Below are positions 7,598-16,782 of a DNA stretch of 41,477 nucleotides, piece by piece. The position numbers and the translations under genes are program-made. The stretch covers positions 1-41,477 of the forward strand of contig CAYJRR010000022.1 in NCBI GenBank assembly GCA_964372275.1, written 5' to 3'. This stretch comes from an uncultured bacterium (lineage in GTDB: Bacteria; CAYJRR01). The notes below the pieces were generated by a model, which worked only from the letters and a program-made list of their open reading frames with translations, searched no databases and was not told the origin of the DNA. Every line of letters begins with the position of its first letter. Position 1 is the stretch's first letter.

Positions 7598-9631
7598 GTG
7601 AAGCGACGCGACTTCGTTCTGGGCGCCGCCTCTCTCTCGGCGGCGGGGTGTGCCGCCGGTCCCGGCGGCGCCGGCAGTGCCGTGGCGCGCGGGTCCGGCT
7701 CCGGTGGCGAGCGCGGACCGGGCCCGTCGGCGGCGCTCGCGGCGGCTCGCGAGCGGTACTTCCTCACCAGCCTCGCGCTGACTCCGGTGACGTCGACCTA
7801 CCTCGGCGGCGACGGCTACTCGCCTCTGCTCCGCGGGGTCAACGGCCGTCTCAAGGACTATTCGGCCTCGTCGCGACGGGCGGAGCGTCACTTCCTCACG
7901 TCGGTGCAGGGCGAGCTGGCGTCGATCGCCGCCGACCGTCTCCGCGCCGCGGAACGCACCGACCACGCGGTGATCGCGGCCCAGGTGGCGTTCCAGCTCC
8001 GCCAGCTCGGCGCGGGCGCCGACCTTCGCGCCGTCGACGCCTACGTTGCCGAGCCGTTCCGCGGGGTCGACTGGCAGATCCAGCAGATGACCGAGATCGC
8101 CGGCTCCGGTTCGCTCGGCGAGGGAACGACGGGGGGCGCCCCGCCGGCGCTCCTCGGAACCGAGGCGGAGTGGCAGGACCTGGTGGCGCGCGTCGGCGCC
8201 GTCCCCGACTACCTGTCGGTCGCGGCCGATCGCCTCACCGAGGGGGTGAAAGAGGGGATCGTCCCCGACCGCCGGATGGTGGAGCGCGACGGTCTCCAAG
8301 GGGGCGCCTCCAACGCCGAATTCTTTCGTTCGGGCCTCCTCGACGCCGCGACCCGCCACCTCGGCGGACGGCCGTTCGCCGAGGCCACGCTGGAACAGCT
8401 CCGCGTCGTCGGGGCGGCCGCGGCCGAGGCGTTCGAACGGTTCCGCGCGCGCCTGAAGCGGCTCTACCCGATGGACGAGCGCGTCGACCGCTTCGCGGCG
8501 GGGGAGGGGGAGTACGCCTGGCGCGTGCGTCACTGCCTCCTCGACGCGCGCTCCCCCGCCGAGCTGTGGGCGTTCGGCGGCGAGCAGGTGGCGGCGTCCG
8601 AGGAGAGGGTCTTCGAAGCGGCAGCGCGGGTGGCGCGCGACGCGCGGATGAAGCTCCCGTTCGCCACCGACGCGGATAAGCGACGGTCCACGCGTGAGGT
8701 GCTGACCTTCCTGGAGCGCGAGGCCCCGAAGGACGACGAGGAGCTGTTCCGCTGGTACCGACAGGCCGGTGAACGTGCCGTCGCCTACGGCCGCGAGCAG
8801 GGCCTGTTCGACGTCCCGGCGAGCTATCGCCTCGACGTCGTGGAGACCCCACCGGTGCTGCGCAGCACCACCGACGCCGCCTACTACCCGGCTCCGCCGT
8901 TCAAGCCGTCCGGGTTCGGCCGCTTCTACCTGACCCCGACCGGGAACGACCCGGCCCTGCTGCGCGTCAACTTCCGCGCGTCGATCGCCAACACGGCGGT
9001 ACACGAAGGGTTCCCCGGCCACGACTGGCACTACAAGTTCATGACGGCGAACCGCGCGGAGATCTCACCGGTCCGCTGGTTCACGCCCGGCTCGGTCGAG
9101 GACTCGCTGTCGATGTGGCAGGACTCGATGACCACCGAAGGTTGGGCGCTCTACGCCGAGGAGCTGATGGCCGAGCCGGCGGCCGGTCGCCCGCACGGGT
9201 TCTATGACGCCGCGGAGCTCCTCTCGATGCTGCAGTGGCAGCTGGTGCGCGCGGTGAGGGTGCGCGTCGACGTCGGGATCCACACCGGACGGATGACCTT
9301 CGACGAGGCGGTCGACTACTTCGCGCAGCACGTCTCGTTCCTTCCCGCCGGCTGCGCGAGCGTCGGCGCGGCCGGTTCCGGCGCCGACGAGGAGAGCGCC
9401 CGGGCGGCCTGCGCGTACGCCCAGCAGGCGATCTACCGCTATTCCAAGTGGCCGACGCAGGCGATCACCTACCTGCTCGGTAAGGACGGGATCGTTTCGC
9501 TCAAAGAGGAGCTGCGCGCGCGCCACCGCACCGCCTTTTCGGCGCGCGCCTTCCACGAGGCGCTGATGCGGAAGGGGACGATCCCGCTGGGCTACTTCCG
9601 CGAACAGCTACTCGCCGAGCTCGCGCCCTAA
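7598..9631 (+). CDS. DUF885 family protein with Tat lipoprotein signal (putative metallopeptidase-like)
   Basis: KRRDFV twin-arginine motif plus AAGC lipobox; AAYYPAP, HEGFPGH, EGWALYAE, RVRVDVGIH, PTQAITY, FHEALMRKG. Confidence 0.9.
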   Translation: MKRRDFVLGAASLSAAGCAAGPGGAGSAVARGSGSGGERGPGPSAALAAARERYFLTSLALTPVTSTYLGGDGYSPLLRGVNGRLKDYSASSRRAERHFLTSVQGELASIAADRLRAAERTDHAVIAAQVAFQLRQLGAGADLRAVDAYVAEPFRGVDWQIQQMTEIAGSGSLGEGTTGGAPPALLGTEAEWQDLVARVGAVPDYLSVAADRLTEGVKEGIVPDRRMVERDGLQGGASNAEFFRSGLLDAATRHLGGRPFAEATLEQLRVVGAAAAEAFERFRARLKRLYPMDERVDRFAAGEGEYAWRVRHCLLDARSPAELWAFGGEQVAASEERVFEAAARVARDARMKLPFATDADKRRSTREVLTFLEREAPKDDEELFRWYRQAGERAVAYGREQGLFDVPASYRLDVVETPPVLRSTTDAAYYPAPPFKPSGFGRFYLTPTGNDPALLRVNFRASIANTAVHEGFPGHDWHYKFMTANRAEISPVRWFTPGSVEDSLSMWQDSMTTEGWALYAEELMAEPAAGRPHGFYDAAELLSMLQWQLVRAVRVRVDVGIHTGRMTFDEAVDYFAQHVSFLPAGCASVGAAGSGADEESARAACAYAQQAIYRYSKWPTQAITYLLGKDGIVSLKEELRARHRTAFSARAFHEALMRKGTIPLGYFREQLLAELAP

Positions 9632-9663
9632 AGGGTATCGCCGGCGCGTCGGAGGGGGAACGC

Positions 9664-11220
9664 ATGCGGTGGTTCGTGCGGGGGGATGTCGACGGGTTCT
9701 TCGGTCTCGCGCTCGACAACCTCGTCCAGCTTCTGCTGATCGACGTGTTGTGCCGGTTCGTCGTCGGGCTGCCGGGGGAGATCGTCTACGGACGGATCCT
9801 CCCGGGGGTCGCCGTCTCGATCCTGGTCGGGAATCTGTACTACGCCTGGGCCGCGAAACGGCTCGCCGACGCGACCGGCCGCACCGACGTCTGCGCGCTT
9901 CCCTACGGGATCAACACCGTTTCGCTGTTCGGGCACGTCTTCCTGGTGATGTTGCCGGCCAAGTTCCTGGCGGCCTCGGCCGGGGCGCCCGATCCGGCGC
10001 GGGTCGCCTGGCAGGCCGGTCTGCTGGCGTGCCTGGGGTCGGGGCTGATCGAGCTGGGCGGGAGCTTCGTCGCGGAGCGCGTGCGCCGCGCGACGCCCCG
10101 CGCCGCGCTGCTGTCGACCCTGGCCGGGATCGCGCTCGGGTTCATCTCGCTCGGGTTCCTGTTCCGCACCTTCGCGCGGCCGCTCGTCGGTCTCGCCACG
10201 CTCACCATCGTGATGCTCGTCTACTTCGGACGGGTGCGGTTCCGCGGGCGCATCCCGGGGGGGATGATCGCGGTCGCGCTCGGAACGGCGATCGCCTGGG
10301 CCACCGGGATCGCGCCGGTCGGCGAGAGCCCCGCCGGCGCGGGGCTTCACCTGCCGGTTCCCGTCCTCGGCGATCTCGCCGCCGCGCTCGGCGGAGGGCA
10401 CCTCGCCGCCTACCTGTCGGTGATCGTGCCGATGGGACTGTTCAACGTGCTGGGCTCCCTGCAGAACATCGAATCGGCGGAGGCGGCCGGCGATCCCTAC
10501 CCGACCACCCCGTCGCTCGCGGTGAACGGGATCGGAAGCATCGCCGCCGCGTTGTTCGGTTCGGCCTTCCCCACGACGATCTACATCGGCCATCCCGGAT
10601 GGAAGGCGCTCGGCAGCCGCGCCGGCTATTCGATCCTGAACGGCGCCTTCGTCACCGTCGTGGCGCTGACCGGGACGCTCGCCCACATCAGTTGGGCGGT
10701 GCCGATCGACGCCGGGATGGCGATCGTCCTCTGGATCGGCCTGGTGATCAGCGCCCAGGCGTTCCAGGCGACGCCGCGCGAGCATGCGCCGGCGGTGGTG
10801 GTGGGGCTCTTGCCGGGGATCGGCGCCTGGGGGGCGCTGATGGCGAAGAACGGCCTCCGCGCCGCCGGCGTCGGCGACCCGGGTGGTCCGCCCTTCGGAC
10901 CCGATCTCCTCGCCGCCTTCGCCCGCAGCGATACCTGGATCCACGGCGCCTTCGCGTTGGAACAGGGGTTCATCTTTTCGGCGATGATCCTTTCCGCGAT
11001 CACCGTCGGAATCCTGCAGCAACGATTCCGCGTCGCCGCGACCTGGGCCGCGATCGGCGCCGCCTTGTGCGTCGCCGGCCTGATGCACGCCTACCGTTTC
11101 ACTCCCGGCGATACCGCCCTCGATCTTTCCCCCGCGTGGCCCTGGGCCACCGGCTACGCCGTGATGGCCACGATTCTCTGGCTCGCCCCCTGGATCACCG
11201 AACCCGGCGACGGACATTAG
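9664..11220 (+). CDS. NCS2/AzgA-like nucleobase permease
   Basis: WFVRGDVDGFFGLALDN, ALPYGINT, ESAEAAGD, PTTIYIGHPGWKALG; many hydrophobic segments. Confidence 0.85.
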   Translation: MRWFVRGDVDGFFGLALDNLVQLLLIDVLCRFVVGLPGEIVYGRILPGVAVSILVGNLYYAWAAKRLADATGRTDVCALPYGINTVSLFGHVFLVMLPAKFLAASAGAPDPARVAWQAGLLACLGSGLIELGGSFVAERVRRATPRAALLSTLAGIALGFISLGFLFRTFARPLVGLATLTIVMLVYFGRVRFRGRIPGGMIAVALGTAIAWATGIAPVGESPAGAGLHLPVPVLGDLAAALGGGHLAAYLSVIVPMGLFNVLGSLQNIESAEAAGDPYPTTPSLAVNGIGSIAAALFGSAFPTTIYIGHPGWKALGSRAGYSILNGAFVTVVALTGTLAHISWAVPIDAGMAIVLWIGLVISAQAFQATPREHAPAVVVGLLPGIGAWGALMAKNGLRAAGVGDPGGPPFGPDLLAAFARSDTWIHGAFALEQGFIFSAMILSAITVGILQQRFRVAATWAAIGAALCVAGLMHAYRFTPGDTALDLSPAWPWATGYAVMATILWLAPWITEPGDGH

Positions 11221-11342
11221 CGGGACCGGTGGGGTGGGATCCCCCCGAGCCGGCCGTGCCGTTGCACATGTCCCGCGGCCGGCCGGCGCGACTCAACGCT
11301 CGCGTCTCCTTCCGATACGCGACCTTCGGGCAGACCGCCGCC

Positions 11343-11358
11343 GGGCGCGCGCGTTGCA
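11343..11358 (+). promoter_or_regulatory. Possible sigma54 promoter (weaker match)
   Basis: GGGCGC-GCGCG-TTGCA, GG-N10-GC, 28 nt before ATG 11387; a second candidate CGGCCG-TGCCG-TTGCA lies at 11251-11266. Confidence 0.4.
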
Positions 11359-11386
11359 CGCCATGTCGTGGAACGAGGGGGCGGTC

Positions 11387-12163
11387 ATGGCGCGACGTTC
11401 GCTGGCGATGGGGGTCGTTTCGCTCTTCTGGCCGGCGCTGGGCCTGGCGACGGATCGGTCCGACCTCGAGATCGGAATGGAGCTCGGCGGCACGTACTGG
11501 TCGGAGGCGGCGACTTCGGACGAGGGGCGCGGCTACCGCTTCGACGTCGGCGGTCGGGGGATCGGAATCCGGTTGGAGCGGCGGGTGACGGGGGAGCTGT
11601 GGCTGGACGTCGGCTACTTCGGGACGTCGAACGATCCGATCCCGTCGGGGTCGCCCTTCCGCGAATCGGTCTATTCGTCGGTCCAGCGCGGCGACCTCGC
11701 CCTCAAGTACGCCCTCCGGTTCGGATCGCCCGGCTGGGACGTGGGGATCGTCGGCCTTGCCGGCGTCCACGCGCACGCGCTCGTGGTCCAGCCGCAGAGC
11801 ACGACCGTCTACTACACCACGATCCACCGTGGCGGCGCGGTCGGGGCCGGATTCGACGCGAACCTCGAGGATCTTCGTCTCTTCGCGGACGTCCGACTCT
11901 TCGCGCCGCTCGTGATGGAACAGCGCTACGGCGACGGAACCCCCGGAGGCTTCGGGCAGAGCGGGGAGGTTCTCGGCTCCTCCCTCGGCGCGGGCGCGCG
12001 CGTCCGCATCGCGAACGGGAGCTCGATCGGCGTCGCGTGGCGTCGATTCGACTTCCGAACGAGCTTCCGAGGGGCCGGCCTCCTTCGCGACGAGCCGGTG
12101 ACGGGGATCCGCGCCCGCCACGCCTCGACCTCGGTGGCGCTGACGCTCTCGACGGAGCTTTGA
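11387..12163 (+). CDS. Hypothetical exported protein, probable outer-membrane beta-barrel
   Basis: GAGGGGG RBS, signal-peptide-like N-terminus, alternating amphipathic strands rich in G/aromatics. Confidence 0.6.
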   Translation: MARRSLAMGVVSLFWPALGLATDRSDLEIGMELGGTYWSEAATSDEGRGYRFDVGGRGIGIRLERRVTGELWLDVGYFGTSNDPIPSGSPFRESVYSSVQRGDLALKYALRFGSPGWDVGIVGLAGVHAHALVVQPQSTTVYYTTIHRGGAVGAGFDANLEDLRLFADVRLFAPLVMEQRYGDGTPGGFGQSGEVLGSSLGAGARVRIANGSSIGVAWRRFDFRTSFRGAGLLRDEPVTGIRARHASTSVALTLSTEL

Positions 12164-12169
12164 CCGCCC

Positions 12170-13397
12170 TCACCAGTCGGCGGCGAACGCCTCCCACGAC
12201 GGATTGAAGGCGGCCCCCATCGACCGAGCACGCGCAGCCGGCGTGGTCTCCGGTCGGACCGCAGGCGTACGACGCACCGCCGGCGCCGTGGCGGTACGCC
12301 GCTGCGACTCCGGCCGCCATCCGCTCCGCGAGCCGCTCCAACGATTCGCGGAACGCCGCCGGATCGACGCCCGCGGGGCGTCGTGGATGCCAGGCGAATC
12401 CGATCCTCGCGTCGGGGACCGAATGCTCGTTCGACCATGCGCGCGCGGCATAGATCTGGGCCGAGACGTGGGCCTTCATCGTCGCCAGCGGGACCGAAGT
12501 GTCGCCGTAACCGACGTTCGGCGGATGGCGCCAGGCGGCGTTCAACAACGGAACGTAGGCGACGTCGAAGAACTCCCGCGCCACCGCCGAACCGGGCGGT
12601 CCGGCGTCCGCGAGACGCGCCGGATGCTCGGTGTACTCGTTGGTCCGACGGCTTCGCAAGCCGAGCAGGGCGCCCGGAACGCACGATTGCTTCGGATTGG
12701 TGTAGACCTCCTGCGCCCACAGCCGCACGCGTGCCGCCATCGCGGACCAGAACGATTCGTCGAGCAGCCAACCCTTCGACTGTTCGAGGTAGGGACCGAC
12801 GTTCACCGTCCGGTGCCCCATCCCCCAGACGAGGACGGCCCCTTTCACCTTGGGGCTCCCGCTCGGACCGTCGTACAGACCGCGAACGAGCTCTCGCGCG
12901 TGCGCCCGGTCGCCTCCGGCCCCGGTGCGAACGCTCGACGGCAGCTCGTTGATGACCCAGAGGTCGCCGCGCTCGACGTCGTACCCCTTTTCCGTCATGC
13001 GGCGCCGGAACTCGACGCCCGCCTGGTACCACGTCAGGCCGTTCTGCTCGATCAGTCTCTTCCACGAGGTCCAGTGGAATTCGGCGGCCGCATGGAACCG
13101 CGCGCCGAGCGCGTGAATCTCCGCCGGCGCGATCGGTCCTCGAGGACAGGTCTTCCGTCCCGCGCACCGGACGGCCGGGATCGACACGTAGTAGCGCGCG
13201 CACGGATCGGAACGCCGTGCGAAGGCCTCCGCCAGGAGCTGCCACTCGGAGGCCGACCAGGTCAGCACCTGCACGGGCCGGACGCAGGTCACCGACGCTC
13301 CGGCGTCGACCGCCGGCGCCGCGTCCGCGATGGGGACGGCGCCGGCGACGGTCACGACGACAAGCGCGAAGAACGGGAGCCGTCCGCGATCGACCAT
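12170..13397 (-). CDS. Hypothetical secreted Cys/Trp-rich protein with a probable frameshift near its 3' end
   Basis: GGAGG RBS, ATG 13397 and signal peptide (MVDRGRLPFFALVVV...ADA). Protein-like sequence runs to ...GCACSVDG; removing one base from the C5 run at 12214-12218 gives ...DGAAFNPSWEAFAADW-stop at 12170. Confidence 0.7.
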
Positions 13398-13418
13398 GTC
13401 GCCTCCACGGGTTGGGCC

Positions 13419-13434
13419 AGCAATCGCCGTGCCT
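13419..13434 (-). promoter_or_regulatory. Putative sigma54 promoter (leftward member of a divergent pair)
   Basis: Minus strand AGGCAC-GGCGA-TTGCT, GG-N10-GC, just upstream of the RBS and ATG at 13397. Confidence 0.72.
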
Positions 13435-13600
13435 TCCGGCCTCGAGGAGGCGCCGCCGTTCCGGCCGCGCGCGCCGCCGACGGATGGGCCCCGGCCGGTA
13501 TCGCGAAATCGAGTACGACGGGATCGAATCGGGACCGGTCCAACCCACCCGCCGCCTCGGGAATTCACGCGAAGTGCGTGACGTTCGCCGGTTCGCCCGG

Positions 13601-13616
13601 CGGCGCGGCGATTGCT
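13601..13616 (+). promoter_or_regulatory. Putative sigma54 promoter (rightward member of a divergent pair)
   Basis: CGGCGC-GGCGA-TTGCT, GG-N10-GC, 28 nt before ATG 13645. Confidence 0.62.
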
Positions 13617-13644
13617 ACGGGGTGGAGACGTTCGGGGGGCGAAC

Positions 13645-14877
13645 ATGATCGTATCGCGGTACCGGGTCGGAGCGCTGTGTCGGCGATGGGGGGCGTTCGC
13701 GGCGGCAGTTCTCCTCCATGGGTCCGGACCGGCATCGGCAGGCCCTCGAATCGAGCGCCACGCCACGCACGACCGACCGCCGCTGAACTCGCGCAACGGC
13801 GTGACGCTCCCGGGCGCCCGCACCACGGTGAACGGGCTCCGCCGGAACAGCGATCCGGTCGTCGCCGTCAACCGTGACGGGCGGCTGTACGACAAGCGGA
13901 ACGGCCGCTTCCTGAACGAGCGCGACGCTGCGGAGGCGCGGCGCCGCGCCGGATACTACGACGACGCACCCGAGGTCGGGCGGCCGGTCGTCGCCTTCGG
14001 CCGCGAGGTCTCCTACGGATACTCGCACACTTGGAAAAACGGCGTCGGGTCGCTCACCTTCCGCGCGGGGCACGTCGAAGCGTCGGTCGCGGCCGAGGCG
14101 GGACGGTCCGGAGCGGGCGTTGGCTTCGCCGCGCGTGGCGGCGCCGGCGTGACGCTGGTGGGGGTCGACCTCGAGTCGCGGCCGGTCGGATTCGGAGGCG
14201 AGGGCCGGCCGGTGCGTGCCGACGGCCGCGCGCGGGCCGGCGCGGCGGCCACTGCCGACGCCGCGCTCGCCGGGTCCGCGGCCGTGGGACTCCGGGGGGT
14301 GAGGGGGAACGGCGACGGCGAGATCTTCACGGGTGCGCGGGCGAACGGATCGGTCACCGCGACGATCGAGGTCTGCGGCGTCTCGATTACCGCCACCCAA
14401 TGGGGGCAGGCGAGCGCGGGCCTAGGTCTCGAAGCCGCCGGCTACTTCCGGGTCGACTTCGCGAGCATGACGGTAAAGCTGGGAGGACGCTACGCCGTGG
14501 CGTTTGGCGTGGGCGGCGGCAGTGGCACCGAGGCGGAGATCAAGTTGGGGAAGCTGATCCGCGATCCGGCCGTCCTGGCGCGATGTTCCTGGGAGGCGCT
14601 CCGCGGCGTGGCGGGAAAGGTCGACGACCTGGCCAAGTCCGGCGCCGGCGCCCTGTCCCGGGGCTTTTCCAGTCTGGCCGGCGGCCTCGGCGGACTGTTC
14701 GGCGGCGGCGGAGACGGCGATCTTCCCGGATTCCTGAAGTTCGTCGACCACCGCCGGCAGCAAACCTCGTCCGGAAGCAACGTTTCGCGAACGGCTCCGA
14801 CGCGCGCGGTTGACCCGCGCCGTGGCGATCGGAGCCCGTCCGCGGGCGTCGGTGCGGCGGCCGGGATCCGGCGCTGA
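13645..14877 (+). CDS. Hypothetical exported protein with a long Gly/Ala-rich beta-strand domain
   Basis: GGGGGG RBS-like run, ATG 13645, signal-like segment ending PASA; GC3-rich codons; central region such as EIFTGARANG...GQASAGLGLEA...KLGGRYAVAFGVGGG. Confidence 0.7.
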   Translation: MIVSRYRVGALCRRWGAFAAAVLLHGSGPASAGPRIERHATHDRPPLNSRNGVTLPGARTTVNGLRRNSDPVVAVNRDGRLYDKRNGRFLNERDAAEARRRAGYYDDAPEVGRPVVAFGREVSYGYSHTWKNGVGSLTFRAGHVEASVAAEAGRSGAGVGFAARGGAGVTLVGVDLESRPVGFGGEGRPVRADGRARAGAAATADAALAGSAAVGLRGVRGNGDGEIFTGARANGSVTATIEVCGVSITATQWGQASAGLGLEAAGYFRVDFASMTVKLGGRYAVAFGVGGGSGTEAEIKLGKLIRDPAVLARCSWEALRGVAGKVDDLAKSGAGALSRGFSSLAGGLGGLFGGGGDGDLPGFLKFVDHRRQQTSSGSNVSRTAPTRAVDPRRGDRSPSAGVGAAAGIRR

Positions 14878-14919
14878 TCCGCTCGTGTCCGACCGGCCGG
14901 AGGCCGACGTGCCGGATCG

Positions 14920-15762
14920 TCACGGCCGCGAGGCGACGCGCGTCCCGCCCGACTTCTCCGACGTCACCATTCCGCCGCCATGCGCGGCCATCGCTGCGCT
15001 GAATTCGGAGGCCGGCGCCTCGTGGACGCCGGATTTGTCGCGGTACTGCACGTACTCCTGGCCATCGCGGGTCACCGATCCGGTGACGACGACGTGATGA
15101 CCGCACTCGCCGGGACCGGCGGCGCAGTTTCCGGTGGCGTTCGACGTGCCGTCATCGACGTCGATCGTGACGATGACGACCTGTCCCCGCTCCGCGGCGC
15201 GGATCGCGTCGGCGGCGTCGTTCCCCGTGCTGTGGCGCGCGGACAGCCCGGCTTCGTCGCGGAGGTATCGCCCGATGTTGCCGAGCGACATGATTCCGAC
15301 GTCCTTCACGCGATCCAAGCCCGTGGTCGCCATCACCTGCTTGTTCGTGTAGCCCTTTCGCTTGGTCTTCGCGACGATCGCGTTTACCGCCTCGCCGGTC
15401 GCGAAGGCGATCGCGTTCTGCCCGCAGTCGCGGGCGGCCATGGAGAGGATCAGCCCCCGTTCGACGTCCGGGCTGGCGCCGTCACCGCGGTTTTGGGCGT
15501 CGCACCACGTGTTTCCGAGCTTGTCCGATTGGCAGTCCGGCTTCGACTGCGCACCGAACGGACTGCCGGGAGCATACGTGCCGGCAACTCCGCCGATCTC
15601 GCCGGACCGGAGGATCCGAGCCACGTCCAGGCCCATATTGGCGACTCCGGTCTCGAACGTTTCGACGAAGGCGTAGCCGGCGGAGACGACGCCGATTCCC
15701 ACGACCGAGACGATCAACAGCGACTCGGTCGCAGTCGCCCCCCGTTCGGAACGGTTCGTCAT
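14920..15762 (-). CDS. Flp/type IVb prepilin-like N-terminus fused to a papain-like (C39-type) cysteine peptidase domain
   Basis: MTNRSERG|ATATES followed by a hydrophobic helix (G-1, E+5); C-terminal DCG, GHHVVVTG and YRD give Cys-His-Asp in C39 order. Confidence 0.7.
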   Translation of the reverse strand: MTNRSERGATATESLLIVSVVGIGVVSAGYAFVETFETGVANMGLDVARILRSGEIGGVAGTYAPGSPFGAQSKPDCQSDKLGNTWCDAQNRGDGASPDVERGLILSMAARDCGQNAIAFATGEAVNAIVAKTKRKGYTNKQVMATTGLDRVKDVGIMSLGNIGRYLRDEAGLSARHSTGNDAADAIRAAERGQVVIVTIDVDDGTSNATGNCAAGPGECGHHVVVTGSVTRDGQEYVQYRDKSGVHEAPASEFSAAMAAHGGGMVTSEKSGGTRVASRP

Positions 15763-15820
15763 CCTCCCCCCACCCCGGGCGCGGAGCCCCGCTCGACGCA
15801 CCCGACCCGATCCATTGTAG

Positions 15821-15836
15821 AGCAAGCGCCGTTCCC
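15821..15836 (-). promoter_or_regulatory. Putative sigma54 promoter of the Flp-peptidase gene
   Basis: Minus strand GGGAAC-GGCGC-TTGCT, GG-N10-GC, in the intergenic gap upstream of ATG 15762. Confidence 0.6.
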
Positions 15837-15966
15837 GGTCCGGCGTCCGCCGACGCCTGCGCTATCGAGCTGAAACGGAAGGCGTTTCCGTCGGAGGATT
15901 GCGGCGGTGCGACCGAACGACGGCGGTGCCGGCGACCGGCGAACCCATCCGGTCGTTCGAAACCGG

Positions 15967-16782
15967 TCAACGGGCGAGCGACCAGTTCGTTGGGTCCCGC
16001 CTTCGCGCAAGCTCCATCAGCCGGTCGGCCTCTCCGGGATCGGAGTAGCGGAGGAGCTTCGCCAGCTCGACGTACGCCGGAACGAACCCGGGGTCGCGTT
16101 CGTGCAGCCTCCGGTAGAGCGCGACGGCGCCGGCCCGGTTCCCGGCGGCCGCCGTCGCCTCGGCGAGGAACAGGGTCAGCACGAATCGCTCGCCGCGCGT
16201 CGACTGGACCTTCTCCAGCATCTGGATCGCGGAGGCGGGGTCGGACCGGATCGCGTTCAGCGCCCCGACGACCAGGCGGATCTCGTCGACCTCCGGTCCG
16301 TGCGATTCCAGGAGCGGCGCGAGGAGCTTGGCCGCCTCCAGGCCAGTGGCGCGGGCAATCCCCTCGCGCAGGGCCTCGTGTTGCAGTTCGTAAAACGCCT
16401 CGACCGGCTGCTTTCGCTCGAGCAGCGTCTCGCCGAGAAACAGGTGGAAGGCGCCCCCGTCGGGGAAACGGTGCAGCCCTTTACGCGCCATCGCCTCCGC
16501 CGCGGCGAGGTCGCCTGCTTCGCGCAGAGCGAGAGCCAGAGCGAGATAGTCTTCCGGAGACCGGGGGCCCGGTGCGGCCTCGGGGCCGCCAGTCGACGGC
16601 TTCGCCCTTCCCGCGACGGCGTCCCCGGCCGCCGCTACCCTCGCCGGCCGGACCGTCGTCACTGCGTCGAATTGCGTGCCGGCGAATGCAGACGAGGGAT
16701 CGATCACAGCGATGCCGACGATCGCCGTCACCGCGTGACGGAGCCACCGAGATGGCGTGCGGCGTGTGGCGGGCCGTCTCAC
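15967..16782 (-). CDS. Exported tetratricopeptide-repeat (TPR) protein
   Basis: GTG 16782 overlaps the kinase stop (GTGA); signal peptide ending AFA; TPR-like helices such as YLALALALREAGDLAAA and AYVELAKLL. Confidence 0.75.
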   Translation of the reverse strand: MRRPATRRTPSRWLRHAVTAIVGIAVIDPSSAFAGTQFDAVTTVRPARVAAAGDAVAGRAKPSTGGPEAAPGPRSPEDYLALALALREAGDLAAAEAMARKGLHRFPDGGAFHLFLGETLLERKQPVEAFYELQHEALREGIARATGLEAAKLLAPLLESHGPEVDEIRLVVGALNAIRSDPASAIQMLEKVQSTRGERFVLTLFLAEATAAAGNRAGAVALYRRLHERDPGFVPAYVELAKLLRYSDPGEADRLMELARRRDPTNWSLAR

